A stretch of 63,811 nucleotides of DNA, filler included, from Octopus bimaculoides (taxonomy: Eukaryota): assembly GCF_001194135.2 (NCBI RefSeq). It is 9 parts of 9 records of this genome, joined end to end, with 100 filler letters (N's around TTAATTAATTAA, not from the genome) between each part and the next. Parts side by side here need not be neighbours in the genome. Positions count along the whole stretch, not along the records: positions 4,051 to 22,860 come from NC_068990.1; 8 more parts are not named here. The stretch is one strand, 5' to 3'. Made by a program: the position numbers and the translations under genes. The stretch's first letter is position 1; every line of letters begins with the position of its first letter. This document shows positions 11,430 to 22,860 of this stretch, one piece after another. Below the pieces are notes generated by a model. That model worked only from the letters and a program-made list of their open reading frames with translations. It did not search any database and was not told the DNA's origin.

Positions 11430-11560
11430 ATTTAAAATTTGGCACAAGGCCAGTAATTTCGGGAGAGGAGGTAAGTCGATTATATTGACCCCAGTATTCA
11501 ACTGGTATTTATTTTAACCATTCCGAAAAGATGAAAGACAAACTCGACCTCGGCGGAAAC
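11430..11560 (-). mobile_element. Family B SINE, partial
   Basis: Matches the reverse complement of 30115-30330. Confidence 0.8.
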
Positions 11561-12210
11561 GAATCCTCTTATATTGCAATAATCCGTATTGAATTGTTTC
11601 ATCAGGAATTGTCTTCAATTTTGTTAATTCCCATTTGTGTTGTTCAAATATTAATTTTAGTTCGTAGTCTGCATTTAAGCTGAATTTTGAACTTGAAAAT
11701 GGAAGGTTTCTCACCATTAGAACACTAATGAGAAAACAAGTTATAAAAAAACACGGCATAGTTACGTTTGAAAAATTCGAAAAATAAAATCTGATTCCAT
11801 AAAAAAAAAAATAGAAAACGGGTTAATCTCGGTTGGAAAGCTTCTCTTCTCTTCTTTGATCGGTTCCAGCCTGATTTTGTGGCAATGCTGGGGCAGAGGT
11901 AAGCTTCATAAATTAATAAATTCTAATTTCTTGTCGATCTAGCAGTTGAAATTTGAAAATAAAGAATACTAACAAATAAAAACTAACACAACCAAATGTG
12001 TATATAAAGTGAACTTGTCTGACTCAGTTGCGTGTTAATTCTGCCTAAAGGTGACATGAATATCATTGTAAAGGCGACCTCACTTCTGACCATTTTCTGT
12101 AGTGCCAATACATCTAACTTGACCGGACTGTTGTTCGAGATGTTTTTTGCCCCGTTGCAGTGAGAACTTTTTTACTGCTATGCTTCAGTTTGTTTCGTTG
12201 TATTGAAATA

Positions 12211-12363
12211 TTGGTTTCAAATTTTGGTACAAGTCTAGCAATTTCGGTGAGGGTGAAGTTAAGTCGATGTGATCGACTCCAGTACTCAAACTGGTACTTA
12301 TTTTATCGATTCTAGTGGAATTTGAACTCAAGGCGTGCTAACAGCTTTGCCAGCACGGCGCCC
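12211..12363 (-). mobile_element. Family B SINE, internally deleted
   Basis: ttggtttcaaattttggtacaag...gaatttgaactc...gccagcacggcgcc. Confidence 0.8.
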
Positions 12364-12491
12364 TGTTTTGAAATATTCTTTGTGACAAGTTTCATTGTTT
12401 CAATAGAATTGTGGACAGGGATCGATAAACATTTCGTTATACTGAAATAATTCGTTATATTGGTATTCATTATGAATTTCACCTTCTACGT

Positions 12492-12715
12492 CAGTGGTTC
12501 TCAAATCATTTTTTGCCTCTGGGTCCCTAATCATTCAATGTTTAAAAAATCTTATTATATGTTTATAATTAGATATTGTTAGGAATTACACAGAAAAAAT
12601 TGTTAAAATATTTTGTTTATTGTAGAAGTATAAACCAATTTATTGCATTTAAACTTTAACAATAAATTTTATGTGGGTTCCCAAAGGTCATGTGGACCCC
12701 GGTTGAGAATCACTG
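12492..12715. mobile_element. hAT MITE (family 1)
   Basis: TIRs cagtggttctcaaa / ggttgagaatcactg; TSD ttctacgt/ttcaacgt (7/8); internal similarity to 4502-4753. Confidence 0.85.
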
Positions 12716-13000
12716 TTCAACGTTAAATGCTCATAATGAGAAACATTACAGTAATTAATTAAAAAACAGACTATTTCTATAATCTTGTAATCATTGTTGT
12801 TTTACTTTATCTTCACTGAGTCAAGGTGGACCGAAAGAATAAGAGACAAAGTTGACCTAAGCAAAATTTCAACTCAGAGCATAAAGACGGATGAAATGCC
12901 ACTAATGAAATCTTCATAATGCAAGGCAATGGAAACAGCTTTGTCTTTGTTTCTTGTTGTTGTTGTTGTTTTTTTCCACTGTTTTTCATTAAAGATATTT

Positions 13001-13252
13001 TACCAACCACATGGTTCCGGGTTCAGTCCCACTGCGTGGCACCTTGGGCAAGTGTCTTCCACTATAGCCTCGGGCCGACCAAAGCTTTGTGAGTGGATTT
13101 GGTAGACGGAAACTGAAAGAAGCCCGTCGTATATATGTATATATATATCTATATATATATATATATGTGTGTGAGTGTTTGTGTCTCTGTGTTTGTGCCC
13201 CCAACATCGCTTGACAACTGATGCTGGCGTGTTTACGTCCCCGTAACTTAGC
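13001..13252 (+). mobile_element. Family A SINE, runs into N gap
   Basis: High identity to 10395-10640. Confidence 0.95.
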
Positions 13253-13941
13253 NNNNNNNNNNNNNNNNNNNNNNNNNNNNNNNNNNNNNNNNNNNNNNNN
13301 NNNNNNNNNNNNNNNNNNNNNNNNNNNNNNNNNNNNNNNNNNNNNNNNNNNNNNNNNNNNNNNNNNNNNNNNNNNNNNNNNNNNNNNNNNNNNNNNNNNN
13401 NNNNNNNNNNNNNNNNNNNNNNNNNNNNNNNNNNNNNNNNNNNNNNNNNNNNNNNNNNNNNNNNNNNNNNNNNNNNNNNNNNNNNNNNNNNNNNNNNNNN
13501 NNNNNNNNNNNNNNNNNNNNNNNNNNNNNNNNNNNNNNNNNNNNNNNNNNNNNNNNNNNNNNNNNNNNNNNNNNNNNNNNNNNNNNNNNNNNNNNNNNNN
13601 NNNNNNNNNNNNNNNNNNNNNNNNNNNNNNNNNNNNNNNNNNNNNNNNNNNNNNNNNNNNNNNNNNNNNNNNNNNNNNNNNNNNNNNNNNNNNNNNNNNN
13701 NNNNNNNNNNNNNNNNNNNNNNNNNNNNNNNNNNNNNNNNNNNNNNNNNNNNNNNNNNNNNNNNNNNNNNNNNNNNNNNNNNNNNNNNNNNNNNNNNNNN
13801 NNNNNNNNNNNNNNNNNNNNNNNNNNNNNNNNNNNNNNNNNNNNNNNNNNNNNNNNNNNNNNNNNNNNNNNNNNNNNNNNNNNNNNNNNNNNNNNNNNNN
13901 NNNNNNNNNNNNNNNNNNNNNNNNNNNNNNNNNNNNNNNNN

Positions 13942-14000
<59 letters not shown>

Positions 14001-14004
14001 CAGT

Positions 14005-14312
14005 GCTGAGTTTTTTATTGTATACATGGTACAAGTTCGTCCTGAATTAATTACTACGTCACAGAGCCTTTTACATGTAGACACACTAACGTCGTACTCA
14101 CCTGACCACAAAATTTTAATTATTCATAACAGAAAGAGGATATAGGTTGACCACTCAGCTATGTTGTCAACCTAAATCTTCTTTCGGTTATGAATAATTT
14201 AAATTTTGTGGTCAGCTGAGTACGACGTAAGTGTGTCTACATATAAAAGGCCCTGTGACGTAGTAATTAATTCAGGACGAACTTGTACCATGTTTACAAT
14301 AAAAAACTCAGC
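14005..14312. repeat. Fold-back element / MITE-like palindrome, 147-bp arms
   Basis: 14005-14151 versus the reverse complement of 14166-14312: about 9 mismatches, no indels, 14-nt loop. Confidence 0.92.
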
Positions 14313-14736
14313 CATCGATTTGTGACACCATCGTTTTAGCTTTTCTTCATCACTGTTTGAGAATGAAGCGTTTCATTTAAGTGCCATTTGGCTTTGTGGT
14401 ATTATTGTTGTAATCATAAGCATGCTGGACCAAGCTATTATAAGTATTCAGTTACTGTTTATCTTTATGAGAGGTTCTCAATATCTGTGATTTCGTGACA
14501 TGCTGAAGATCAAATAAGAAAAAAATGCTGACTCACTTCGCCTAGTGTTTTTATCTTTATTATTCATTTTTTGTGTGTGTGTGTGTGTGTAAAAGCTGAA
14601 CAATTTAGAAAAAAATATTTCTTAAAAATGCTGCTTGTTTTATTCCAAGTAAATATGAATAACACTTTGAGTAGCACGGCGTTCCAGCGTTAATATGGAT
14701 TTTCTAAAGCTTTAGCTTATTTTCTCAAAAATATGC

Positions 14737-15020
14737 GGCGCATCTAGGTACATCATTTTCCACACACAGGTGCCTCTTGTGACACATATAGATACCTCTC
14801 GTGGTGCATTTAGGTATTTCTTATGGCGCATCTAGGCATCTCATGTTCTACACACATAGGTACCTCTGGTGCCACTTGGTACTTCTTACGGCACATTTAT
14901 ATACTTCACGTGACATATCTAGCTACATCTTACCGCGCATTTCGGTACTTCCTTATGATATACGTTGGTATCTCATATGTCACATACGTGCTGCTTGTGA
15001 CATCTAGGAACTTCATACGG
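14737..15020. repeat. Cryptic degenerate minisatellite, about 13 units of about 22 bp
   Basis: Recurrent ggcgcatctaggtacttcttat-like units aligned by eye. Confidence 0.7.
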
Positions 15021-15049
15021 ACTCTAGTGCAATGGTCCAAGACTCAAAT

Positions 15050-16130
15050 CATACGTTGAAGATGGAAACTGCAAAGAGCGTCTCTCTTTGTCTAGATCAC
15101 ATGCATACAGGGATGAAATCTCTATCATAGTGTCAGACACTTCGAAGACAGAAGTGGTAAGCACTTAACTAGGGGAATACGAGATGTCTAGTGGGGGTAC
15201 ACATCAGCCTGGACATATTGGTGGCACCTGGAGAGGCTAGTCCTTGCCGGCTTAAAACGATTGCTGTCAGTGAGTCGAAGGTTCAGTTAAAGTTCTTGGA
15301 GTCTGACTCATACCGGTCTTTACGTTGATAAGAAGAGAGAGTAGGTTATGAGCAGAGTGGAAAATTTCGCTCAGAAATGGACCAAGAAGAAGTTGTGCCG
15401 AAAAGGTAAGGCGGAGTTCGTTAACACCTACATGGCCTCGATGGAGTGCTGCTGTCCGACCGTCGTACCGTGTTCCAAGAAACATGTAACCGGACTAGGG
15501 CGCATGCGTTTCCCCTTCTTATAGAAGGAACAAGTTCTGCTGGTCAATAAATCTATTTACTACCAAAACCCGCACCGTGATGGTTTCTGGGCGTTGTCAC
15601 TGATCTGCACAGACATGCACTGAGACTGTTGCACCAGTAGGAATATCTATCTGAACCACCGCAACAGTGACTACCACGAAGGTGAGCTAGTGTGGTGAAC
15701 TTGTCTAAAAAGTTTGAAAGAAAACCTTTCTCTAGCTTAGCTTTCATAAAGTTTTTCAAATACCACTTAGAAAATGTGCGAGTGGAGAGGGTGATGCTGC
15801 CTTCAAGTGTATTCAACGAGAGTATAATGGAAGTGGCGACACTTGTGAGGCTGAATGGATCTACTTTATGTGTGGTTTTCTAAGCAGGGAGAGAGCATTT
15901 TTAACACCTAGGATATAGCAGAGTAATCTGGACTTTTGCATGAGGTTTTCCCTGAATTACTCTGGAACCTTCTTCACAATAGGAGACCTTGTTAAAATTC
16001 CTTATTGCTTTTTTTTTTCTTTTTGATATTTTTATTTTTCTTTATTTTTTACTCGATGTAAACCCCCATTTATCGTGTGTTTTCTTCTCCCTTGTATTAT
16101 CTAGACTGCAATGTTGCGCGCCTCATGATA
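15050..16130 (+). mobile_element. Tx1/L1-like LINE fragment (RT core to 3' UTR), degenerate
   Basis: AYRDEISIIVSD (YADD-like), AQKWTKKKL...KGKAEF.NTYMAS...TVVPC, HRHALRL, IKFFKYHL...VRVER...VRLNGSTL*. Same C-terminal signature as 26558-27012. Confidence 0.75.
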
Positions 16131-16680
16131 AATGATTGCATATCGAAACGTGATGTATGGCTCTTAGCTAAGTGTGTTTTTTGTGTATATGGAACATATC
16201 TGTAGCTATAATAACTAAAATAAACTGAAGAGCTCTATGGGTTACGCATAGTTGTTTGCCGCCTGCTTGTTTGCCATAACAAGAGACAAACAGACCAATG
16301 GCGATTCTTGTACAGGAACTGCGGAACTGCTGTACCCCCTATTTCCACTCGATATTATCGATAACATTCAATATACTAAGTCCTTCTGTTTTTAATTCTT
16401 TCTTTATACTTGTACATTATATAATCCTTAAGCTTAATGTCAGTAGCCATCCCCTAGTTTATGAAAAAATACTAAAATCCTTGTATAGAACTGTGCGCTT
16501 CATAGTTCTAGCGACGTGGTGTTTATGCATAAATTTTATTTTTATATGTTTGTTTCCTTTTACACAATATTAAAACAACGGCTAAAACTTTTCTGAAGCG
16601 GCACCGCATCCCCACTAATTTTATCTACGAGCCGCCGCTGCAGCAGACACATGGATAATCAGTCATATTTTCTTATTCTA

Positions 16681-16734
<54 letters not shown>

Positions 16735-17095
16735 AGAACCAGAACCAGAACCAGTCTGCTTTTCACCTTAACGCGATTACAGCATCCAGTTTGAGTAGCT
16801 TCCGCAATAACAGTCAGTTGTATACAGCTCAGCCAGGAATTATACAGGGATCTGCTAATGTATCGACGATATCAAACAGTTGCAAATATTGTATACACTA
16901 GTTTGCTGAACTTTTCTTACGTTATCTGGATACCTGAACACTTAACTGAGACAAATTTATGTATTTCTACTTATTTACTTTTTATACATTTTAATCATTG
17001 TCAGCACTAAATCACCGTCGTAGTGATCGACGACAACTCGACAACTGTTCCCGAACAAAGAAAGTATGAGCACACTCGTGTACATTTTATTAGAG

Positions 17096-17304
17096 CAGGG
17101 GTTCCCAACTGGTGGTTCCCGACCCCCTGGCGTGGTCGCGAAATCTTAGCAGCGGGGTCGCATAGCCTCGCTAAAATTGACTTGGGATAGTATTAATTTC
17201 AGCTCATCAATTACATTTTTCATGCTCAGTCCATAGTAGGGGGTCACGTGTGTTTCATGCTTTTGGGTAAGGGGTCGCGAATGCAACAACGTTGGGAACC
17301 GCTG
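17096..17304. mobile_element. hAT MITE (family 2) with perfect 8-bp TSD
   Basis: TIRs caggggttcccaac / gttgggaaccgctg (13/14); TSD TATTAGAG at 17088-17095 and 17305-17312. Confidence 0.93.
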
Positions 17305-17445
17305 TATTAGAGTGTTACATCAGCGAAATATCCAACTTGCGGGTCTTAATTTCTTGAATAATAAGGATGTATGTATGTATGTATGTATGTATGTATGTAT
17401 GTATGTATGTATGCATGCATGTCTCTTCTATTTTTTAATTATTAT

Positions 17446-18700
17446 AAATCTTTCAATGCGGAAGGACCCGGTTTCCAACAAAGACACAAGGCTCTATCTT
17501 CGGGATGTAGTTAACACTGACAAATTCACATTTGGAACTTGAGAAAAGTCTTGCATATTTTTACTGTTCCAATCACAGATTGCACTTGTAATGTACGAAT
17601 TAGCCGATCGATTTCTGTTTCTGAAAATCCCAGTTTATCCAGATTATCCTTTAAATTTTTACTAGCAAACCCTAGTGCTCCAATCATTATTGGTATGAAT
17701 ATGATTTCATAGTCTGGATATGAAAGCTGGAGGTTTCGAAGCAGTTGTCCATTGATATCCTCTTTTTCTTTGATTTTCAAAGAGATATTTATATCTGCGG
17801 GGCAGCTGACCTCTATGATGGTACATACCTTTGCCCCTCTGTTCCAAACAAAAATATCCGGCCTGTTATGCTTACATTTGACAGTAGTCTTGATGGGAAT
17901 ATTCCACCGGTATTCCTTGAGTTGATGTTTATGAATGTATTCCATAACAGAGAGATTTCCTAAGTTTATTTCAGGATGGTCTTTTTTGCGGATGGCATTG
18001 TAAATTGTTTTAGCAACAATATCATGGCGCATAGGGAGATAGTACCGTGACGACATTTTAAGACATTTTGATAATCACATGCGTAATATCTTCCACAGAA
18101 ACATGACATAGCCTACACACGTGGTTGCAGCTTGGGATTACATGAGCGAAACTGTCTCTCTTGATCACTAGGGTACTTTGTTGCAATCTCCTGTTCCTGG
18201 ATTGCAAACGCGTTGCCTTCAAAGTGTAATGTGATGTAGTGCTCTTGTGTCCAAGAGAGGCTGTGCTTAGTGTCAATTCTACTGTCTTCTTCAAGCTTCC
18301 AGCCAACATACCAAAACATGGTCTTTTTTAGTATGCTGAGTGCTTTCCATCCAGGTCTTCTTTGAGGTAAGAGAGCCCAGATGTTTGGGGGATGTATAGG
18401 AGATCATCAGGAAGAGAATGTTTCTTGAGGAGTTCACTGCCAACTCGTACAATCTTGCTCACTTCACTTTTCAAGACTATATTGATATATTTATTTTTGC
18501 TACTGTTGTTTAGCAGGTGCCGCCTGAATGATACCATATGGCATTCGAAGGCCGTCTGCACTGATCTCAGGCCTCTACGACCTTCATTTCTTCTTAGGTA
18601 GAACCTGTCAAAATCATTGTTTCTATGGAAGTTCCCAGTTGTTGTCAGGATTTTGCGGGTTTTGATATCTATAGAGTGGATTTCTTCCACAGATTTCTGA
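17446..18700 (-). mobile_element. R4/Dong-clade (restriction-like endonuclease) LINE, 5'-truncated
   Basis: IDIKTRK...DRFYLRRNEGRRGL, AIQEQEI, CRLCHVSVEDITHVI (zinc knuckle), RHDIVAK, NRPDI...IIEVSCP (PD-D/ExK nuclease), IGALG...KTFLKFQM*. The 3' end abuts a short (TAA) run. Confidence 0.9.
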
Positions 18701-20554
18701 ATCTTTGAGCAATGCCTATCTTATTTAATATCGGAATCGATGGTGAGTGTGAGAATGTTAACGTTTACAAAATGATGAGATATTTAGAAGTGGCTGAATC
18801 AACTATAGCTGAAATAGATAAGGAGGCCATTTTTGTGGGGAAACGAGGAAACCAAACTAAATGGCGACTGCTAACACCGGACCAACTCTATATAGAGAAC
18901 GTCAAATAAAAATAAATGACACGAGGATACGGAAAAATAAAGTCGAATCTTCCCAACAAAATAACTTTATTCCGTATTGTAAATTGTTGGTAATGACTAT
19001 GTGTAAACAAATTTCTATTTAAGAATAAAGCGACGTACATCATTTTTTTTTATTATTCAGCAAGAAGATCGTTCGAATTAGAACGAACAAAAATATTGTA
19101 ATTACGATATTTTGTGTGTATGTGCGTGTGAGAAAGAATACATTACAATGGTTCATTTGGCGAATCGCTAAAAGTGAATACAATACAGTTCCAAAGTTCT
19201 TAGTCATTGACAGAAAAAAATAGAAGGCAAAATTTTCTTACACATTTTTGTGCGAAATGGACTAACAGAGATCTATGTAACAGAAACGCAGCAATTAAGC
19301 TCTTACACACTTCTGTTTATTAGGAAGAATGTGCTCACAGCCACTTGTGGTTTTTGGGGCTTGGAAAGATGTTTTGTTTGTATCACATGACAGTGTTTTT
19401 ATATGTTACGTTCGGGCTGCAAACGCTGTAGAATGAAGACGTGACTAAAAATAGCAGAAATACATCACATGACAAGTGATAAACGAAACGTTTTGAGCAA
19501 AAGGTGTGGCTAGATAAAAATTTAAGAAGTTATGCGTCTATGTCTGAGCTTATAGTGTTGACAATAAAACCAATGCTGGATTTAACTATAGCCTTCACAG
19601 GCTGAAGCTGAGGACCTCCGGTCAGTATGTTTAATATATTTGACATTGCTATATACCTTTTTCGAGGAATCTCTCAAGTGTCACAGCCTAGGACCTAAGC
19701 TATTACACGGTGCCTAATGCGATTGTAACCCATTATATTTGCTGTGTCTAGGTTGTCATCTTACTTGACAACCTATTAAACGTCTTAAACACATTATCTA
19801 GCAAATTAATATCGATCTTAAGATAAAAATGATAGTTAGTAAAAAGCATTGTATTTTTTCGATCACTGCCTCGTAATAACTGACATGTATACATTGGCCC
19901 TTCAAACATGTAGCTGGATCCATAAAATTATCTATAATTCTACTCTCTAGCAGCATACATACTTATTGAGTGACTCAATGCCAACCGGTTTGTGTACCCC
20001 ATCCCCGCTTGCAAGCATTTGTCTTTCAAATAAATATGCAGTTGGATCTATGAAAATAACGACAATTTGATATGGTTGCAAGGTTTCAGTTCAGGTAAAG
20101 ACAAAATGTGCCTAAATCTTTTATAGTAGTTCCATCAAAACACCATGATACTGATAAACTTAAGATGTTTCTCAGTTGGGAAAGAACCGCATGAGAACTG
20201 AGAGTCGAGTTTAGTCTGGTAATCAAAGTGACTTCAGAAAGCCAAAGTCTGATGATTTTTCAAAACAAAGATAAGATGGCAGACAAAGTGAAACAGGCTG
20301 CACTGAACCACTGTGGAAGGTAAACAAATTGTCTTTAATCAGACTGTAACAAAATTTTTGTTTTATTTCTATTTATTCATTTTATCTTTGATCAGTTAGT
20401 GTTATTTCCTATCTAGAAATCAAAGGAAATGACTACTGTTCCCTTTAAACTTGGCTTTTCTGACCCGGACATCAATGATTTGAAACTGACCTATTTTCTA
20501 TTACATTTCAGATCGATTCATCACTGAGTATCTGAAGTAGAAATATCATTATAG

Positions 20555-20715
20555 TAAATATTCTGCTCAAGGCCACAGATTTGCTTGTCATTGCTTGAAC
20601 TTAACCTCTTGAGCATGCTCTCTAGTGGTTAATAATATGTGCATCTCTGATCATGAGCAGGAGTAGTGGGAGGAGACATCATAGCCATGTGTTGAGAGGG
20701 ATTCTTTGAAATTTG
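20555..20715 (+). mobile_element. Fragment of unclassified repeat family E
   Basis: aaatattctgctcaa...cacagatttgcttgtca...catctctgatcatgagcag...agccatgtgttgagagg matches 28135-28285. Confidence 0.75.
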
Positions 20716-20731
20716 AATAAATGTAACAAAA

Positions 20732-21082
20732 GCATGGCTCAGTGGTTATGGCGTCTGGAACACAATCATGAGGTAGTAAGTTCGATTCCAGGACCGGGCT
20801 GTGTGTTGTGTTCTTGATCAAATCATTTTATTTCACGTTGCTCCAGTTTACTCAGCTGTAGAAATGAGTTGCGACGTCACTGGTGCCAAGCCGTATCGGC
20901 CCCTTTGCCTTTCCCTTGGATAACATCGGAAGCATGGAGAGGGGAGGCTAGTATGCACGGGAGGCTAGTATGCATGGGAGGCTAGTATGCACGGGAGACT
21001 AGTATGCACGGGCGGCTGCTGGTCGTTTTTAAACAACCTTGCCCGGACTTGTGCTTAAGAGAGGAACTTCCTAGGTGTAATT
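20732..21082 (+). mobile_element. Family D tRNA-derived SINE with internal 17-bp x4 expansion (20943-21010)
   Basis: A box tggctcagtgg, B box agttcgattcc; colinear with 43967-44260. Confidence 0.9.
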
Positions 21083-21621
21083 TAGGACTAAGCAAATAAG
21101 AAATAACAGTTGCTACCCAAGGACAAAAATCGTGTTACACAGTGCAAGCAGTAATAAAGGAAAATGTAAATTACTTAGCGTTAATCAATTAAACAAAATA
21201 TTTTCACAACATTCATCAATTGCACAAGACATTACCATCATGTTCAATTATTATATTTTAAGTTTGGTTGCGTCTTACCTGTTTGATTTGTTACTAAAAT
21301 TATCCTAGCTGGCAACCGACAAAAATTTCGCCACTTTTCAAGATGGAGTACATTAATTTAAATTAATTAAAATACAGGTATAATCGGTACAACATTTTAT
21401 TCTTTCGGTAAATATTTCATACCTCGGTGTGAAATAATTTTTTTTCCTCAATTATTACTTCATTTATTATTATTTTTTTTTCTCGGGTGCATCCAACGTA
21501 TCTGACCTCCACACGTGCCGTAAGCCACCTTTTTTTCTCCGGAAAAGAAAGGTTCAAGGGGTGGTGGGGACCTCGAAGTTTCCCACCAAGGGACTTTTGG
21601 GATCTTTTCCTTTTGGCCTTG

Positions 21622-21900
21622 GGATCTTTTCTTTTTGGCCGGCACATAGAAAAAATAATCTTTTTGTAACTAAGCACTTTCAAATTTCGTATACTGGTAG
21701 AATGTGTCATTTAAAACATCATTTACTCTTGGCGTTTTTAAGAAAATTGTTTATTTTCGAAGTCATTTCGTGTTAAAGTTGTCGTATTTCGGTAATTTCA
21801 ACCAATCAATGACGTCTATTGAGGTGAAAACAATTACTGTTGTGGTTTATCAACAAGATGTTCCGGCGGTGTAAATTTAGTTAGTCACTGTTATTTCTGA
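21622..21900 (+). mobile_element. Unclassified repeat, segments A+B (inverted relative of 22413-22860)
   Basis: 21622-21677 matches the reverse complement of 22413-22470; 21700-21900 matches the reverse complement of 22669-22860. Confidence 0.8.
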
Positions 21901-21901
21901 T

Positions 21902-22319
21902 ATACTCTTTTACTCTTTTAGTTGTTTCAGTCATTTGACTGCGGCCATGCTGGAGCACCGCCTTTAGTCGAGCAAATAGACCCCAGGACTTATTCTTTGG
22001 AAGCCTAGTACTTATTCTATCAGTCTCTTTTGCCGAACCGCTAAGTTACGGGGACGTAAACACACCAGCATCGGTTGTCAAGCTATATTGGGAGGACAAA
22101 CACAGACACACAAACAAACACACGCACACACACATATATATATATACATATATACGACGAGCTTCTTTCAGTTTCCATCTACCAAATCCACTCACAAGGC
22201 TTTAGTCGGCCCGAGGCTATAGTAGAAGACACTTGCCCAAGGTGCCACGCAGTGGGACTAAACCCAGAACCATGTGGTTGGTAAGCAAGCTACTTACCAC
22301 ACAGTCACTCCTGCGCCTA
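21902..22319 (-). mobile_element. Family A SINE, full length, CpGs retained
   Basis: Complete head-to-tail copy used here as the local reference. Confidence 0.97.
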
Positions 22320-22412
22320 TTATATTTACATTTCAGATACACGTGTAGTTATTGGTTATTTTAGCGTTTTCGGAATTGCCTATTTTGTTTGTTGAATTAT
22401 TTTCGTTTGCTT

Positions 22413-22860
22413 AGTGTTTAGTTACAAAAAAATTAATTTCTCGATGTGCCGTTCAAAGGGAAAAGATCTCAGTTTTTCCCCCTACCCCGCCAACATCTTC
22501 ATTTTTCACCTTTTTCCGTAACTCTCACCCTAAAATCCCAACCCTAACCCTAAAACCGTAACCCTAAAACCGTAACCCTAAAACCTTAACCCTAACTCTA
22601 AAACCTGAACCCTAACCCTAACCCTAAAACCCTAAAGCTAAAACCAGTACAAACGCACGAACGATGTCATAAATAACAGTGATAAACGAAATATACACCG
22701 CCGATAGTTGTTGTTGACAAACAACAGCAGTAATCTTATTCAGCTGAATACACGTCATTGATTGGTTGAAATTACCGAAATACGACAACTTTAACACGAA
22801 ATAACTTTGAAAATATAAACTTTTCTCAACATCACTAAGAGTAAAAGATGTTTTATATGA
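22413..22860 (-). mobile_element. Unclassified repeat carrying a telomere-like tandem core
   Basis: Read on the minus strand: segment B, then a TTAGGG/TTTTAGGG/TTACGG array, then segment A; truncated by the gap. Confidence 0.75.
22528..22645. repeat. Interstitial telomere-like array (CCCTAA / CCCTAAAA / CCGTAA)
   Basis: About 118 bp seen directly. The minus strand contains GGGTTTTAGGGTTAGGGTTAGGG. Confidence 0.9.

Noticed and set aside
13000-14111. Long ORFs of 240-350 aa in the track (also near 33.8, 52, 59.1 and 61.6 kb)
   Set aside because: Composed almost entirely of X from N gaps.
20127-20319. Open frame with a single in-frame TGA (20192-20194) as a selenoprotein exon
   Set aside because: It would need a 32-nt upstream intron, has no Cys/Sec redox motif or recognisable homology, and no SECIS can be assessed.
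22528-22645. True telomere or chromosome-fusion scar
   Set aside because: Short, degenerate, single orientation and embedded in a dispersed repeat.
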